DNA of 64,000 nt. Origin: Eledone cirrhosa (taxonomy: Eukaryota). Within the stretch, counting starts at the first letter, position 1; each line of letters starts with the position of its first letter. The notes beneath the pieces are model-generated. The model ran no database searches. It was not told the DNA's origin and saw nothing but the letters and a program-made list of their open reading frames with translations. Location of the stretch: the NCBI GenBank assembly GCA_964016885.1, contig OZ024743.1, positions 100,378,001-100,442,000 on the forward strand, written 5' to 3'. A program made the translations under genes and the position numbers. Positions 1 to 13,747 of this stretch are shown one piece after another.

Positions 1-55
1 TATATATATAGTTATAGGAATAACCAAAGAGTGCTTAGAAATACATTGTTTTATT

Positions 56-102
56 AGCTAACAGTGTTTCATCCATACCCCATGGCAGGAATCATCAGAG
101 CC
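56..102 (-). ncRNA. Minimal type-I hammerhead ribozyme motif (PLE-type)
   Basis: Minus strand reads ggct-CTGATGA-ttcctgccatggggtatggat-GAAAC-act-GTT-agct, followed by AATAAA. Stem I is short and stem II imperfect. Confidence 0.6.
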
Positions 103-1624
103 TATAAACAAGAGTATATCAGTAGTTGCATGCTCCATCGAGCTGCGTCACCAGAACAAGGTTAAAGGACCAGCAGGGGGGTCCCGAGGCCAGCGCTATA
201 TGGAAAAAGACAGAATACATGATGCACATAATGTCATAAAATGTCTTAAAAATTAAAAAATTACACCAAAAATTTATCACAAATGGTGTAATAGATGTAT
301 ATATATATATATACAAATATATATATATACATAGATACCATTTAAGTTAGTTTGATTACCAACAGGTTCTGGTTGGTAAATGACAATGCAACAAATTAAT
401 TAAAGCACTCGTTATGTATGTCATATGTAGTGGTGGTTGTGGTGGTGGTGGTGGTGGTGGTGGCAACAGTGATGACAAGGCAATGCTGTTTATGATGGTG
501 ATGATGATGAAGAAAAAAGTAAATGAATTCTGGAAAATATTTTAAAGTATTAGAAAACTAATTTTTTTAAATGGATTTTAATAAAGAGTGTAAATGGTAG
601 AAACATGAAAAGTTTACTAGACAACCAGCTTAGTGGTTGTTTTGTTAATACTATTGAGTTATTAGCTTTGTTGTTAACAGAGCAGCTTGTAGAGACTCCT
701 TCATTGGTTGATGTAGAGAAATAGTCTAAGTTGTGTTGCATTAGAAGATACCCAGTAGTCCCAGCTAGATAACATCAGTCCAGTTTAGTACAGCTAGGAG
801 TGCTCAGTCCAGTCAGCTAAACCCAGCCAACCAGTCTAGTTCAACCTTCGAAGGCCAGCCAAGCTGGTTCAGCCCAACCAGTCCAGCTAATATTGCTACT
901 TAACCTTGGACATCAGCCTAGCCAGACCAACTCAATTTGACCAAGCCAAACAGACAATGTCAGCCCAACCAACTCAATGCAGTTAGCTAGTGCAGTTCAG
1001 CTCAGCAAGGCCAACTAGCCTGACCAGCCATCAAGTCTGGGGGAGCAGCCCAGCCAGTTCAGCTCAACATAACCAGCACAAGACAACCAGCTCAACCGAG
1101 CATCACCAGCCAGCCAGCCCAGCTCAGCAAATGGATAAACATAAGGGATAACTAGCAAGGGAGTGGAGAAAGGGGAGATGAAGGGCACCAGTCAAGGAAC
1201 GGGGAAAATATATGAGGGGGGGGGGGGGTGAACTGAAATATGAAAAATAATGAAAACAGCAACAAATGTATCGGGGGGGGGGGGGTGAGTGAGAGAGGAG
1301 AAAAAAAATTAAATTCGAAGTTTTGATAATGTAAAAAGAAAAGATCTGCTGTTTAATGGTGGAGGGGGGTGAGCACAAAAATATCTTTATGGATATTTCT
1401 TGCCACACCATTTAACACACAAAAGACAGATGAAACTGTCATTAAATGAGTACCTATCTTTTGTTGTTGTTGTTGTTGTTGTTATTGTTGCTATGTTTCT
1501 CATTTAAAACATTCTTTTATTTATTTATTTTATTTTATTTTCCCACATAAAGTTTCAATCTCTCAATGATGTGAGAATGGAAAACATGTTCAGTCAACTG
1601 TAAATAATGATTTCTCCTTCTGTT

Positions 1625-2992
1625 ACATCACCAACACCACCACCACTACCAACACCACCACTACCACCACTACCACCACTACCACCACTACCATCACCAC
1701 CACCACCACAACCAACACCACCAACACCACCACCACTACCAACACCACCACTACCACCACCACCACCACCACAACCAACACCACCAACACCACCACAACC
1801 AACACCACCACCACTACCACCACTACCACCACCACCACTACCAACACCACCACCACTTCCAACACTATCACCACCACCACCATCACCACCACCACCGACA
1901 ACCACCACCACCACCACACCAATACCAACACCACCAACACCACCACCAACACCACCACCAACACCACTAACACCACCAGCACTACCACTACCCCCCCCCC
2001 CCCCCACACACACACACCCACCACTATCAACACCACCACCACCAACAACAACAACAACAACACCACCACCACCACCACCACCTTCACCACCACTACCAAC
2101 ACCACTACCACCACCACCACCACCACCACCACCACCTCCACTACCACCACCACCTCCACTACCACCACCACACCACCACCACCACTACCACACCACCACC
2201 ACTACCACTACCACCACCACCACACCACCACCACCACCACCACCAACACCACCACTACCACCACACCACCATCACTACCACCACCACCACCACTACCACC
2301 ACCACCACCACTACCACCACCACCACTACCACCACCACCACCACTACCAACACCACTACCACCACCACCACCACTACCAACACCACCAACACCACCACCA
2401 CTACCAACACTACCACCACCACCACTACCAACACCCCCCCCCACCCACTACCACCGCCACCACCACCACCACCGACACCACCACCACCACCACCACCACC
2501 TTCACCACCACCACTACCAACACCACCACTACCAACACCACCACTACCACCACCACCACCATACCAATACCAACACCACCAACACCACCACCAACACCAC
2601 CACCAGCACCACCACTACCACCACTACCAGCACCACCACCAACACCCCCCACCACCACTACCAACACTACCACCACCACCATCTTCACCACCACCACCAC
2701 TACCACCACCACCACCACCACCACCTTCACTACCAACACCACCAACACCCCCCCAACGCCACCCCCAACACCACCACCAACACCACCACTACCACCACCA
2801 CCACCACCACCACTACCACCACCTCCACTACCACCACCACACCACCACAACTACCAACACCACCACTACCACCACCACCACCACCACTACCAACACCACC
2901 TCTACCACCACCGCACCACCACCACTACCAACACCACCACTACCAACACCACCACACCACCACCACTACCACCACCAACACCACCACCACCA
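1625..2992. repeat. Degenerate (CCA/CTA/CAA)n trinucleotide tract, ~1.37 kb
   Basis: Direct reading; it explains the Pro/Thr/His and Gly/Val ORFs. Confidence 0.95.
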
Positions 2993-3003
2993 AAATAGAT
3001 ATG

Positions 3004-5712
3004 TTTCTTTATTAGCCACAGGGGCACAAAAGAAGGGGACAATACAAAGAGGAAGTTTACATACAAAAAAACGTAAAATACTATCACAAATGCAATTTAA
3101 AAATTAATCGATTTTCCCCAATAGGGGGAGACATTACATAAGGATAACACATACCCCCGAAAAAATGTGCAACCCTCATCTCCAGGAGTACGAAGAGTGA
3201 GTACCCCTTTCCTCTCTTCCTCTTTTTCCTCAAACTACAGGCTGATATAGAGAGAAGGCCCATTCACCCACCTTTCATAAAACTTGCTGGGATACAGCAC
3301 CTCTCTCTCCATCCTGATTCTTCTTCTAAAGTGGTATTTGAAAAAAAGAATCAGTTGTTGGCCGGAGAAAAAGGTGTCTGACCTCAGCCCTTTTAACCTC
3401 GTCCACCATACAACCTCTTTCGCCATAGCTATCACACAAAGGAAAACCGCCTCTCCTTCGTTTTTGAAGGAGGGTGGCGGTTTGATCATGACGATGGACT
3501 CGGTGGTCAACCGGATGGTCCCACCCGCGACAATAATCGTTCTACATAGCCCCACAGTTCAGTAACGCCCGGGCAGTGTACGAATGCGTGCGCGACGGTT
3601 TCTTCGTCTCGCACGCATCTCGGACAGATCTTTTTCGAAGGGTCCCTGCCCGGGCGCCCGTGTCTGTAGAGCTTGTCTCGAACTGGTAGAGCTCCTCGGT
3701 AGCACTGCCAGGCCAAGGACTTTTGAAAGTTGTCCATCATCCCTGGCGGAAGGTCCTACCGAACAGACTGGCCAGTTCGTCTTCCTCTACGCCTAGAGTT
3801 TCTCCGAGCGCGTCGTCGCACTTGCTGCGGACCAACCCTCTATAGAATGACGGAGTGGAGTCTCCACTGATCGCCGGGTCCACCTGCCAGAGGGCTGTGA
3901 GCGCCTGAGCACATTCGATGTGCCAGTTACCCATTTTCCTCGCTCTTTGCTTGACCCAGGACTGCAGCTCGGTCAGTGAGAAGAGTCGTTGCAAGGCTCG
4001 CCTCACGAACGGGGCCCACACCGGTTGTCCGGTAAGGAATACGTGGAGGTGCCACAGCCTGAGCGCGTGTTTGCGCATCGTCAGCCACGGCATCCCCAGC
4101 TCTTCGTTCGAAGGGTGTTGGCAGCAGATGGATCTTCTCACCAAAGGCGCCCGCTTCTTCCAAAGGAATTGGAAGAGCGCGCGCTCCATTTTGGTGAGCG
4201 TTTTGGCTGGACAAGGCACGACGGTCAAGCGGTAGTAGATGACGGACGCTATAAGAGTGTTCGCCACCTCCGCATATTGATGGACTTGTCCCGGTTCAGC
4301 TTCGCTCCTGTGAACCTTTCGTATTCCTTCAGTAGGGTGCCGACTTCCTCGATTTGCGAGGTGCTCGACACCATTACTGTCACGTCGTCGGCGTAGGCCG
4401 ACGCCGGTTTCCACAGTCCCGGTTCCAGAGGGATGCCCTGCAATAGCTCCAACTTCCGCAGCAGTGGCTCGAGAGTCAGTACGTACAGAAGGGAGGAGAG
4501 AGGGCAACCGTGTCGGATTGATCGCGTGATATGGAACGGCTCCGAGACGTTCACCTTGACCCTTGAGCAGATGTTGCTGCTGTGCATTGCAGCAATCCAG
4601 CCCCTGAACACGAGTCCGAAGCCTGCCGCCTCGAGCACCGCATCCAGGTAACGATGGTTAATCCTATCGAAAGCCTTAGACTAATCCAAGTTGATCAGGG
4701 CTCCACCGAAGCCGAGTTTATACCCTACCCTCTCTACGATGTATCGCATGAGGTGGAGGTTGTCGTGTATGGACCTGGTCGGGATTGCGCATGTCTGCGC
4801 TTCTCCCACCAGGTTTTCGAAGACAAGCGCCAGCCTCTTTTCCAACACCTTGGCCAAAATCTGTAACTCTGTGTTTAGCAGAGTTATGGGCCGGAAGTTG
4901 CCTATGTCATCCCCCTTATTCTCGTCCTTTCTGACTAGCGTGACCATGCCCTTGGTCACAGAACTGGGAATTCTCCCGTTCTGCTGCCAGTTGCAGTAGA
5001 CCGCTTCCAGGAGAGCAGATAACAAGTCTGGCATTGCTACGTAAAATTCGTAGGTAGACCGTCGAGACCTGGAGATTTGCGTTTGCCGCATTGGCTCAGC
5101 GCATCCCCTATCTCAGCGGCTGAAATCGGCCTTTCGCAGAACTTCGCCTCGCTGTCCGAGAGCCGCGGCAGGCCGTCGAGGTATGGACCGAAATCCATAG
5201 CCCCTCCCGGGCCGCCGCCCTGCTCGAACAGTTGAGCAAAGTGCCGCTGAAAGGCCACGCACATCTGCTTCGGCTCACGTATCACGCGTCCGTCTTGGTC
5301 CTTCAAAAACCGAATCGTGGACTTGTTGCCACTTTTCGCCTCCGTCACTCGGGCCCAGCTAGCAGCTTTGGCTCCCTCGTTTCCCAGAGCACGTATTTTC
5401 ACTTAAATTAACAGTGTTTTTTCCATTCGAGAGGAGGGGTAGTTCAACAGTTTGAATTGTTGTTCCGTCTTTCTCGCTTTTTTTGGTGGGCGTGGCGTTA
5501 GCTTGCAATATGGCTTCCTCGTTTTTAACGATATCAATAAACATCTTAAATTAAAGATTTTCACCCCAAAAGGGGCGAAAATATATTTACCCTACGTCTA
5601 CAGTCCCAGACGAGGGGTTAGAGTCAACAATAATAACAAAATTCAAATAACACACTCATAAATAACAAAGTAGTGATCCAAAATCGAAGAGGCGATGTGA
5701 AAGACGTCCACT
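3004..5712 (-). mobile_element. L1/Tx1-clade LINE, internally deleted and frameshifted copy
   Basis: RT motifs (FRPITLLN, SIRHGCPLS, AYADD) and a C-terminal CPRC...ETVAH..HC region. Collinear with the copy at 52.6-58.3 kb, but jumps from ORF2 to the ORF1 start/5' UTR at ~5400. Confidence 0.9.
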
Positions 5713-5784
5713 ATCAACAATAGATAGATAGATAGATAGATGGACAGACGGAAAGATGGATATATGTGAGAGCTATACAAACTA

Positions 5785-7283
5785 TGTATAAAGAAACAGT
5801 CAGCAAGGTTAGAATTAACAATTAATATAGTGAAGAATTTAGCGTAAAAGTTGGTGTTCATCCTGTTTATTATTGCCCTTCAGGCTCTAACAGAGGAGTA
5901 CAAGACCGGCTGCTCATGGGAACTTCTATACGCAGATGATCTAACTCTCATAGCTGAATCTATGGCTGAACTAGAGAAGAAATTCCAAACATGGAAGCAT
6001 GGCCTAGAATCAAAAGGCCTTAAAATTAACTTGTCTAAGACTAAAGTTCTAGTATGTAGAAAGGAAAATAGTGCACAGGTGCCATCTGGGAAATGGCCAT
6101 GCTCAGTGTGTAGGAAAGGAGTAGATAGAAATTCCATTTTATGTCCCAAATGCAAACTATGGGTACATAAAAGATGTAGTGGTATCACAGGTAAGCTATC
6201 TAAGAACGTAGATTTTATATGTGGCCGATGCTCAGGTGCAATAAGTAGCAAGTGCCCACAGGATAGTAGCTCCAGATGGTTCTATAGAAATAGTGGACAC
6301 TTTCAGTTACGTGGGTGACAAAATCAGCAGTGGTGGAGGGTGTTGTGAAAGTAGAGTAGCCAGAGTCAGAACGGGATGGAAAAAGTTCAGAGAGCTTATA
6401 CCGCTGTTGGCCACAAAAGGTTTCTCTCTAAAAATGAAAGGCAGATTGTATGATGCCTGTATATGAACAGCAATGTTACATGGCAGTGAGACATGGGCAT
6501 TGTGTGCAGAGGACCTGCGCAGACTGGAAAGGAACGAAGCATGCATGCTCCGTTGGATGTGTAATAGTAATATACGCGAACAGCAAAACATAAATGAACT
6601 AAGTGAGAAATTAGGAATAAGAGGGATCAGATGTTGTTTACTTGAGAGAAGAGTACGTTGGTATGGTCACGTGATGTGCATGAAAGACGACAGCTGTATA
6701 AAAAAAAGTGCAGGGCGATCAAAATTGATGGTAGTTACGGAGTAGGTAAACCCAGAAAAATCTGGGAGGATTTGATAAATTCCGACCTTATACACTTGCA
6801 CCTCTCTAAGACAATGTCACTGGACCGAGATCTTTGGCACCATGCAGTAATACAGAAGACACGCCTTGCCTATGTACAAAGCGAAACCTACAGTCTGTAG
6901 GCACCTCTTAACCAAATATATACCCCATCCCACTACCCCAACTCCCCCACCCCACTCCCACCAACACCACCCTTTCTCTGTAAAGTTATGTTGGTACCAC
7001 AACATCCAGTCCAAACTAATAAGGTCGTGTAGGTGTCACGACAAAAAAAAACACACAATCCACGCTGTAATGTGGCCATGTAGGTAACACGGTAAAAACC
7101 TCCCAGTCCACACTGTAAATGTGGTTGGTGTTAAGAAGAGCATCCAGCCATAGAAAACCTGCCAGACATCCTATACGAGCGAGACACGGTCACCCGACCA
7201 ATCTTGCCTCAAGTGGGACAATTCCCGTCTAACCCATGCTAGAGTGGAAGATAGACGTTAAATGATAATGATGATGATGATGA
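5785..7283 (+). mobile_element. RTE-clade LINE, 5'-truncated
   Basis: ELLYADDL, a Cys-rich insert (WPCSVCRKG..CPKCKLWVHKRC), MLHGSETW, RWYGHV, and an (ATG)n tail. Confidence 0.85.
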
Positions 7284-7805
7284 TATATAGATAGATAGAT
7301 AATGGTCATTGCGAGTGAGAAGTGTCAATCATCTTCACCTAACAATATTATCCCATCCAGGTCCAGACCAGCAGCCAGGCCAGGTCAGACAGCCTAGTAT
7401 GGCCAACACAGCTCTACCAGGTTGGACAGATCAGCTCAGCCAATTTGATCTGACTGAGCTAGCCAGGCTGAGTTAGTATGGTTCAGCTGGCCTGAGTTGC
7501 TGACTGGATGTGTAGACAGTCAGGTCAGCTCAACCCATCAAGCTAGCCAACCAAACAATCTCAGCCTGATCAGCTGAGATAGCTATGAAGGCAGTCAGAC
7601 ACAGTGCAGCTCACCCAGGCTGGCCCGCTGAGCCAAACCAACCCAATGTAGTCTACTCAGTCAGGTTAGGAGTGTCAACCCAGGCAGACTAGCTAACACA
7701 GCCCAATCTGAGCCCACCTAAGCTAGTCAAGCCAGCTCTACCGGCCTCAGAACCCTAATATCAGCCCAAACAGCTCATCCCCGACCAGCCTCAGTCAGCC
7801 TAGAT

Positions 7806-8888
<1,083 letters not shown>

Positions 8889-9216
8889 GTCTAGACCAAC
8901 TTCAGCCAGTCCAAGCTAACATCAGTGAACCTATCTTTACCCAACTATGTTACCCAACCAACCCAGGTGGTGGTGTTATAGCTAACTTATAATTAACTAC
9001 TCTTCTCAGCACTGCTGAATCTATTCCACAGATAATTCTAGATCTTTCTTTAATATCAATGGTTGAAGTTGTAATGTGTTCAGCAACAAGATAGGTAACG
9101 CTACTGCTGAATATATTGCTGCAATTCAACAACATGATTGTGAATAAAGAATTTATATATACATACACATTTATACATACATGTATACATATACATTTAA
9201 ACACACACACACAAAC

Positions 9217-9343
<127 letters not shown>

Positions 9344-9635
9344 CAAATAACGAAACGAAATTAAATTTCGTTTCGTTTGTAACTCACTTTTGTATGACTG
9401 ACGCTCAAACAATTAAGTCAAAGATGTACATCCATATATGTATACTGAAATACTAGTATGTATATGAATACACACACGTATACATATGTAGATGTACCAA
9501 GTTTTTTTTTCACTGATCACTTTACTGTGAGTGGCCAGCTATTCTGTATGTAAACACACAGACAAACCGGTTTTTAGAGTCATACTGGTTTTTGAGGAAA
9601 CACCTTTCCTCTATTCTCCAGAAAGCCAGACAAGG

Positions 9636-9680
9636 AATATTGAACTAGTTTCGTTGTTGTTACAACTCATCAGCAATATT
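9636..9680 (-). ncRNA. Type-I hammerhead ribozyme (array unit 1)
   Basis: aatattg-CTGATGA-gttg taacaa caac-GAAA-ctag-TT-caatatt: perfect 7-bp stem I, G-C-closed stem II, palindromic stem III (AACTAGTT). Confidence 0.85.
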
Positions 9681-10104
9681 TACCTATCTTCCGGCCTCTC
9701 TAGAGAATCGTAAAAGCACATATCGCTATATGCTTTTTCTATGAAAATTAGTAGTGGGCAGACCAACTTGCATAGAGTGTGAGTAAGTACCGGTTCAACG
9801 GAGACGATAAAAACAAATAACGAAACGAAATTAAATTTCGTTTCGTTTGTAACTCACTTTTGTATGACTGACGCTCAAACAATTAAGTCAAAGATGTACA
9901 TCCATATATGTATACTGAAATACTAGTATGTATATGAATACACACACGTATACATATGTAGATGTACCAAGTTTTTTTTCACTGATCACTTTACTGTGAG
10001 TGGCCAGCTATTCTGTATGTAAACACACAGACAAACCGGTTTTTAGAGTCATACTGGTTTTTGAGGAAACACCTTTCCTCTATTCTCCAGAAAGCCAGAC
10101 AAGG

Positions 10105-10149
10105 AATATTGAACTAGTTTCGTTGTTGTTACAACTCATCAGCAATATT
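10105..10149 (-). ncRNA. Type-I hammerhead ribozyme (array unit 2)
   Basis: Identical to 9636-9680. Confidence 0.85.
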
Positions 10150-10573
10150 TACCTATCTTCCGGCCTCTCTAGAGAATCGTAAAAGCACATATCGCTATAT
10201 GCTTTTTCTATGAAAATTAGTAGTGGGCAGACCAACTTGCATAGAGTGTGAGTAAGTACCGGTTCAACGGAGACGATAAAAACAAATAACGAAACGAAAT
10301 TAAATTTCGTTTCGTTTGTAACTCACTTTTGTATGACTGACGCTCAAACAATTAAGTCAAAGATGTACATCCATATATGTATACTGAAATACTAGTATGT
10401 ATATGAATACACACACGTATACATATGTAGATGTACCAAGTTTTTTTTCACTGATCACTTTACTGTGAGTGGCCAGCTATTCTGTATGTAAACACACAGA
10501 CAAACCGGTTTTTAGAGTCATACTGGTTTTTGAGGAAACACCTTTCCTCTATTCTCCAGAAAGCCAGACAAGG

Positions 10574-10618
10574 AATATTGAACTAGTTTCGTTGTTGTTA
10601 CAACTCATCAGCAATATT
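10574..10618 (-). ncRNA. Type-I hammerhead ribozyme (array unit 3)
   Basis: Identical to 9636-9680. Confidence 0.85.
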
Positions 10619-11009
10619 TACCTATATTCCGGCCTCTCTAGAGAATCGTAAAAGCACATATCGCTATATGCTTTTTCTATGAAAATTAGTAGTGGGCAGA
10701 CCAACTTGCATAGAGTGTGAGTAAGTACCGGTTCAACGGAGACGATAAAAACAAATAACGAAACGAGTATTTCAGTATACATATATGGATGTACATCTTT
10801 GACTTAATTGTTTGAGCGTCAGTCATACAAAAGTGAGTTACAAACGAAACGAAATTTAATTTCGTTTCGTTATTTGTTTTTATCGTCTCCGTTGAACCGG
10901 TACTTACTCACACTCTATGCAAGTTGGTCTGCCCACTACTAATTTTCATAGAAAAAGCATATAGCGATATGTGCTTTTACGATTCTCTAGAGAGGCCGGA
11001 AGATAGGTA

Positions 11010-11054
11010 AATATTGCTGATGAGTTGTAACAACAACGAAACTAGTTCAATATT
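11010..11054 (+). ncRNA. Type-I hammerhead ribozyme (inverted arm unit 1)
   Basis: aatattgCTGATGAgttgtaacaacaacGAAActagTTcaatatt on the + strand. Confidence 0.85.
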
Positions 11055-11478
11055 CCTTGTCTGGCTTTCTGGAGAATAGAGGAAAGGTGTTTCCTCAAAA
11101 ACCAGTATGACTCTAAAAACCGGTTTGTCTGTGTGTTTACATACAGAATAGCTGGCCACTCACAGTAAAGTGATCAGTGAAAAAAAACTTGGTACATCTA
11201 CATATGTATACGTGTGTGTATTCATATACATACTAGTATTTCAGTATACATATATGGATGTACATCTTTGACTTAATTGTTTGAGCGTCAGTCATACAAA
11301 AGTGAGTTACAAACGAAACGAAATTTAATTTCGTTTCGTTATTTGTTTTTATCGTCTCCGTTGAACCGGTACTTACTCACACTCTATGCAAGTTGGTCTG
11401 CCCACTACTAATTTTCATAGAAAAAGCATATAGCGATATGTGCTTTTACGATTCTCTAGAGAGGCCGGAAGATAGGTA

Positions 11479-11523
11479 AATATTGCTGATGAGTTGTAAC
11501 AACAACGAAACTAGTTCAATATT
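11479..11523 (+). ncRNA. Type-I hammerhead ribozyme (inverted arm unit 2)
   Basis: Identical to 11010-11054. Confidence 0.85.
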
Positions 11524-11882
11524 CCTTGTCTGGCTTTCTGGAGAAAAGAGGAAAGGTGTTTCCTCAAAAACCAGTATGACTCTAAAAACCGGTTTGTCTG
11601 TGTGTTTACATACAGAATAGCTGGCCACTCACAGTAAAGTGATCAGTGAAAAAAAACTTGGTACATCTACATATGTATACGTGTGTGTATTCATATACAT
11701 ACTAGTATTTCAGTATACATATATGGATGTACATCTTTGACTTAATTATATATATATATATATATATACACACACATGTATATCTATCATATACACTTAT
11801 ATCTATCTGTATATATATACATATATATCTATATATATATATACATATATATCTATATCTCTCTCTCTCTCTCTCTCTCTCG

Positions 11883-11941
<59 letters not shown>

Positions 11942-11945
<4 letters not shown>

Positions 11946-12205
11946 AGTATGTATGTATACGTGCATACATATATGTATACAGACGTACAGTGGTATGTAT
12001 ATATATACATACATGCACACATATATATCCAAGTATCGGTTTACCGAACATTTATTATAATACTCGGGCTGTTTGTTTGTAAACAAACAAACAGCCCGAA
12101 GTAAACCGATACGTGCATATATATATATGTGTGCATGTATGTATATATATACATACTACTGTACGTCTGTATACATATGTATGTACGTATACATACATAC
12201 TTACA
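11942..12205. repeat. Fold-back inverted repeat
   Basis: Arms atgtaagtatgtatg...tgcacacatatatat and its reverse complement, around a central hairpin gggctgtttgtttgt-aa-acaaacaaacagccc. Confidence 0.85.
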
Positions 12206-12468
12206 TTTAAGTAAGTACCGTACTAAGAGTGAGAAATGAAATTTCGTCGTTTCATTCTATTCCATTATTATTGTTTACTTGTCTCACTCGCTTTACGCGA
12301 TTCACTTGTCCCAATAGCTTATTTTAGTTATTGCTCGCACCAACCTGAGGTATCTGATTTTTAATGCGATGAAATACCAATGATGGTTGGCAAATCACTG
12401 ATGAGGGACTAATTTTATAATATGTAACCCATGTGCAACCACGCAGTATTCCTCTAACCTTGTTTTTC

Positions 12469-12502
<34 letters not shown>

Positions 12503-13045
12503 TATATCTATCTATCTATCTCTCTCTCTATATATATATATTATATCTATCTATATATATATATTTATATATATTATATCTATCTATATATATGTATATA
12601 TATATATTATATCTATCTATCTATATATATATGTATATATATATATTATATCTATCTATCTATCTATATATATATATGTATATATATATATTATATCTAT
12701 CTATCTATATATATGTATATATGTAAATATCTTTAAGTCATTTGGAAGCCTCGACAATGCAAATGGGTAAATCTCCAGGTAACAAGATCCGGTGGTGGAG
12801 AGAGAGATGTAAGTGGGTGTACGTTGAGATGCGTGGTGTGTATAAGACGTGTAGAAGAATGAAGGAAAGAGTATAAAGGATAAAATTAAAATAACAACAC
12901 GAGAGAGAGTTACCTTGGGAGAGATTTAATTGTCCCTATATATTTCCGATTCACATCCATCAACTGGGGGTTTTTCCGGGTTGGGGGAAAGGTTGTTTGT
13001 CGGAAAGGTGCGAAACATGTCCTCCACTGTTTGTTGTTTTGAATA

Positions 13046-13138
<93 letters not shown>

Positions 13139-13191
13139 CACATATATTTATATACACATATATTTATATATATATATATATATTATATCTA

Positions 13192-13279
<88 letters not shown>

Positions 13280-13342
13280 ATGATATGTTGATTTAAAACT
13301 GCACTATCCACAAGTGTTTTTAACCTTCATATCATGTCTTCC

Positions 13343-13413
13343 TATTTTATCTGATGAAAACACAAATGTTATTGCATGATGATATTTGTTTTTGAAATGC
13401 GCATAATAAAATA
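13343..13413 (+). ncRNA. Type-I hammerhead ribozyme motif
   Basis: tattttat-CTGATGA-long stem II (aaacacaaatgttatt/gatgatatttgttttt)-GAAA-tgcgca-TA-ataaaata: 8-bp stem I and palindromic stem III (ATGCGCAT). Confidence 0.8.
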
Positions 13414-13534
13414 CATGGAACTCATTTAACCATCTTTTGATCTTATATTATGTATACTCCAGTCCTACAAACTGTAGAGTGCTTCTTATCCGATATCTGC
13501 ATTGCTTTATTGTACTACAATAAAACTCACCTCC

Positions 13535-13648
<114 letters not shown>

Positions 13649-13675
13649 TTTATATACACATATATTTATATACAC

Positions 13676-13747
<72 letters not shown>

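Larger units (their letters stand above)
10766..11748 (+). repeat. 469-bp tandem array, inverted right arm (~2.1 units), hammerhead on plus strand
   Basis: Reverse complement of the left-arm unit; ends in (TA)n. Confidence 0.95.

Noticed and set aside
770-1130. CCAG/AGCT-rich region, continuing at 7350-7800
   Set aside because: Degenerate low-complexity sequence with no consistent period or ORF.
1607-2998. 463-aa Pro/Thr/His-rich ORF (extensin- or formin-like)
   Set aside because: It is a translation of a (CCA)n tract that is open in several frames on both strands, with no unique domain.
9531-9713. 60-aa ORF repeated five times
   Set aside because: GTG start, antisense to the hammerhead, and no recognisable motif; a by-product of the repeat unit.
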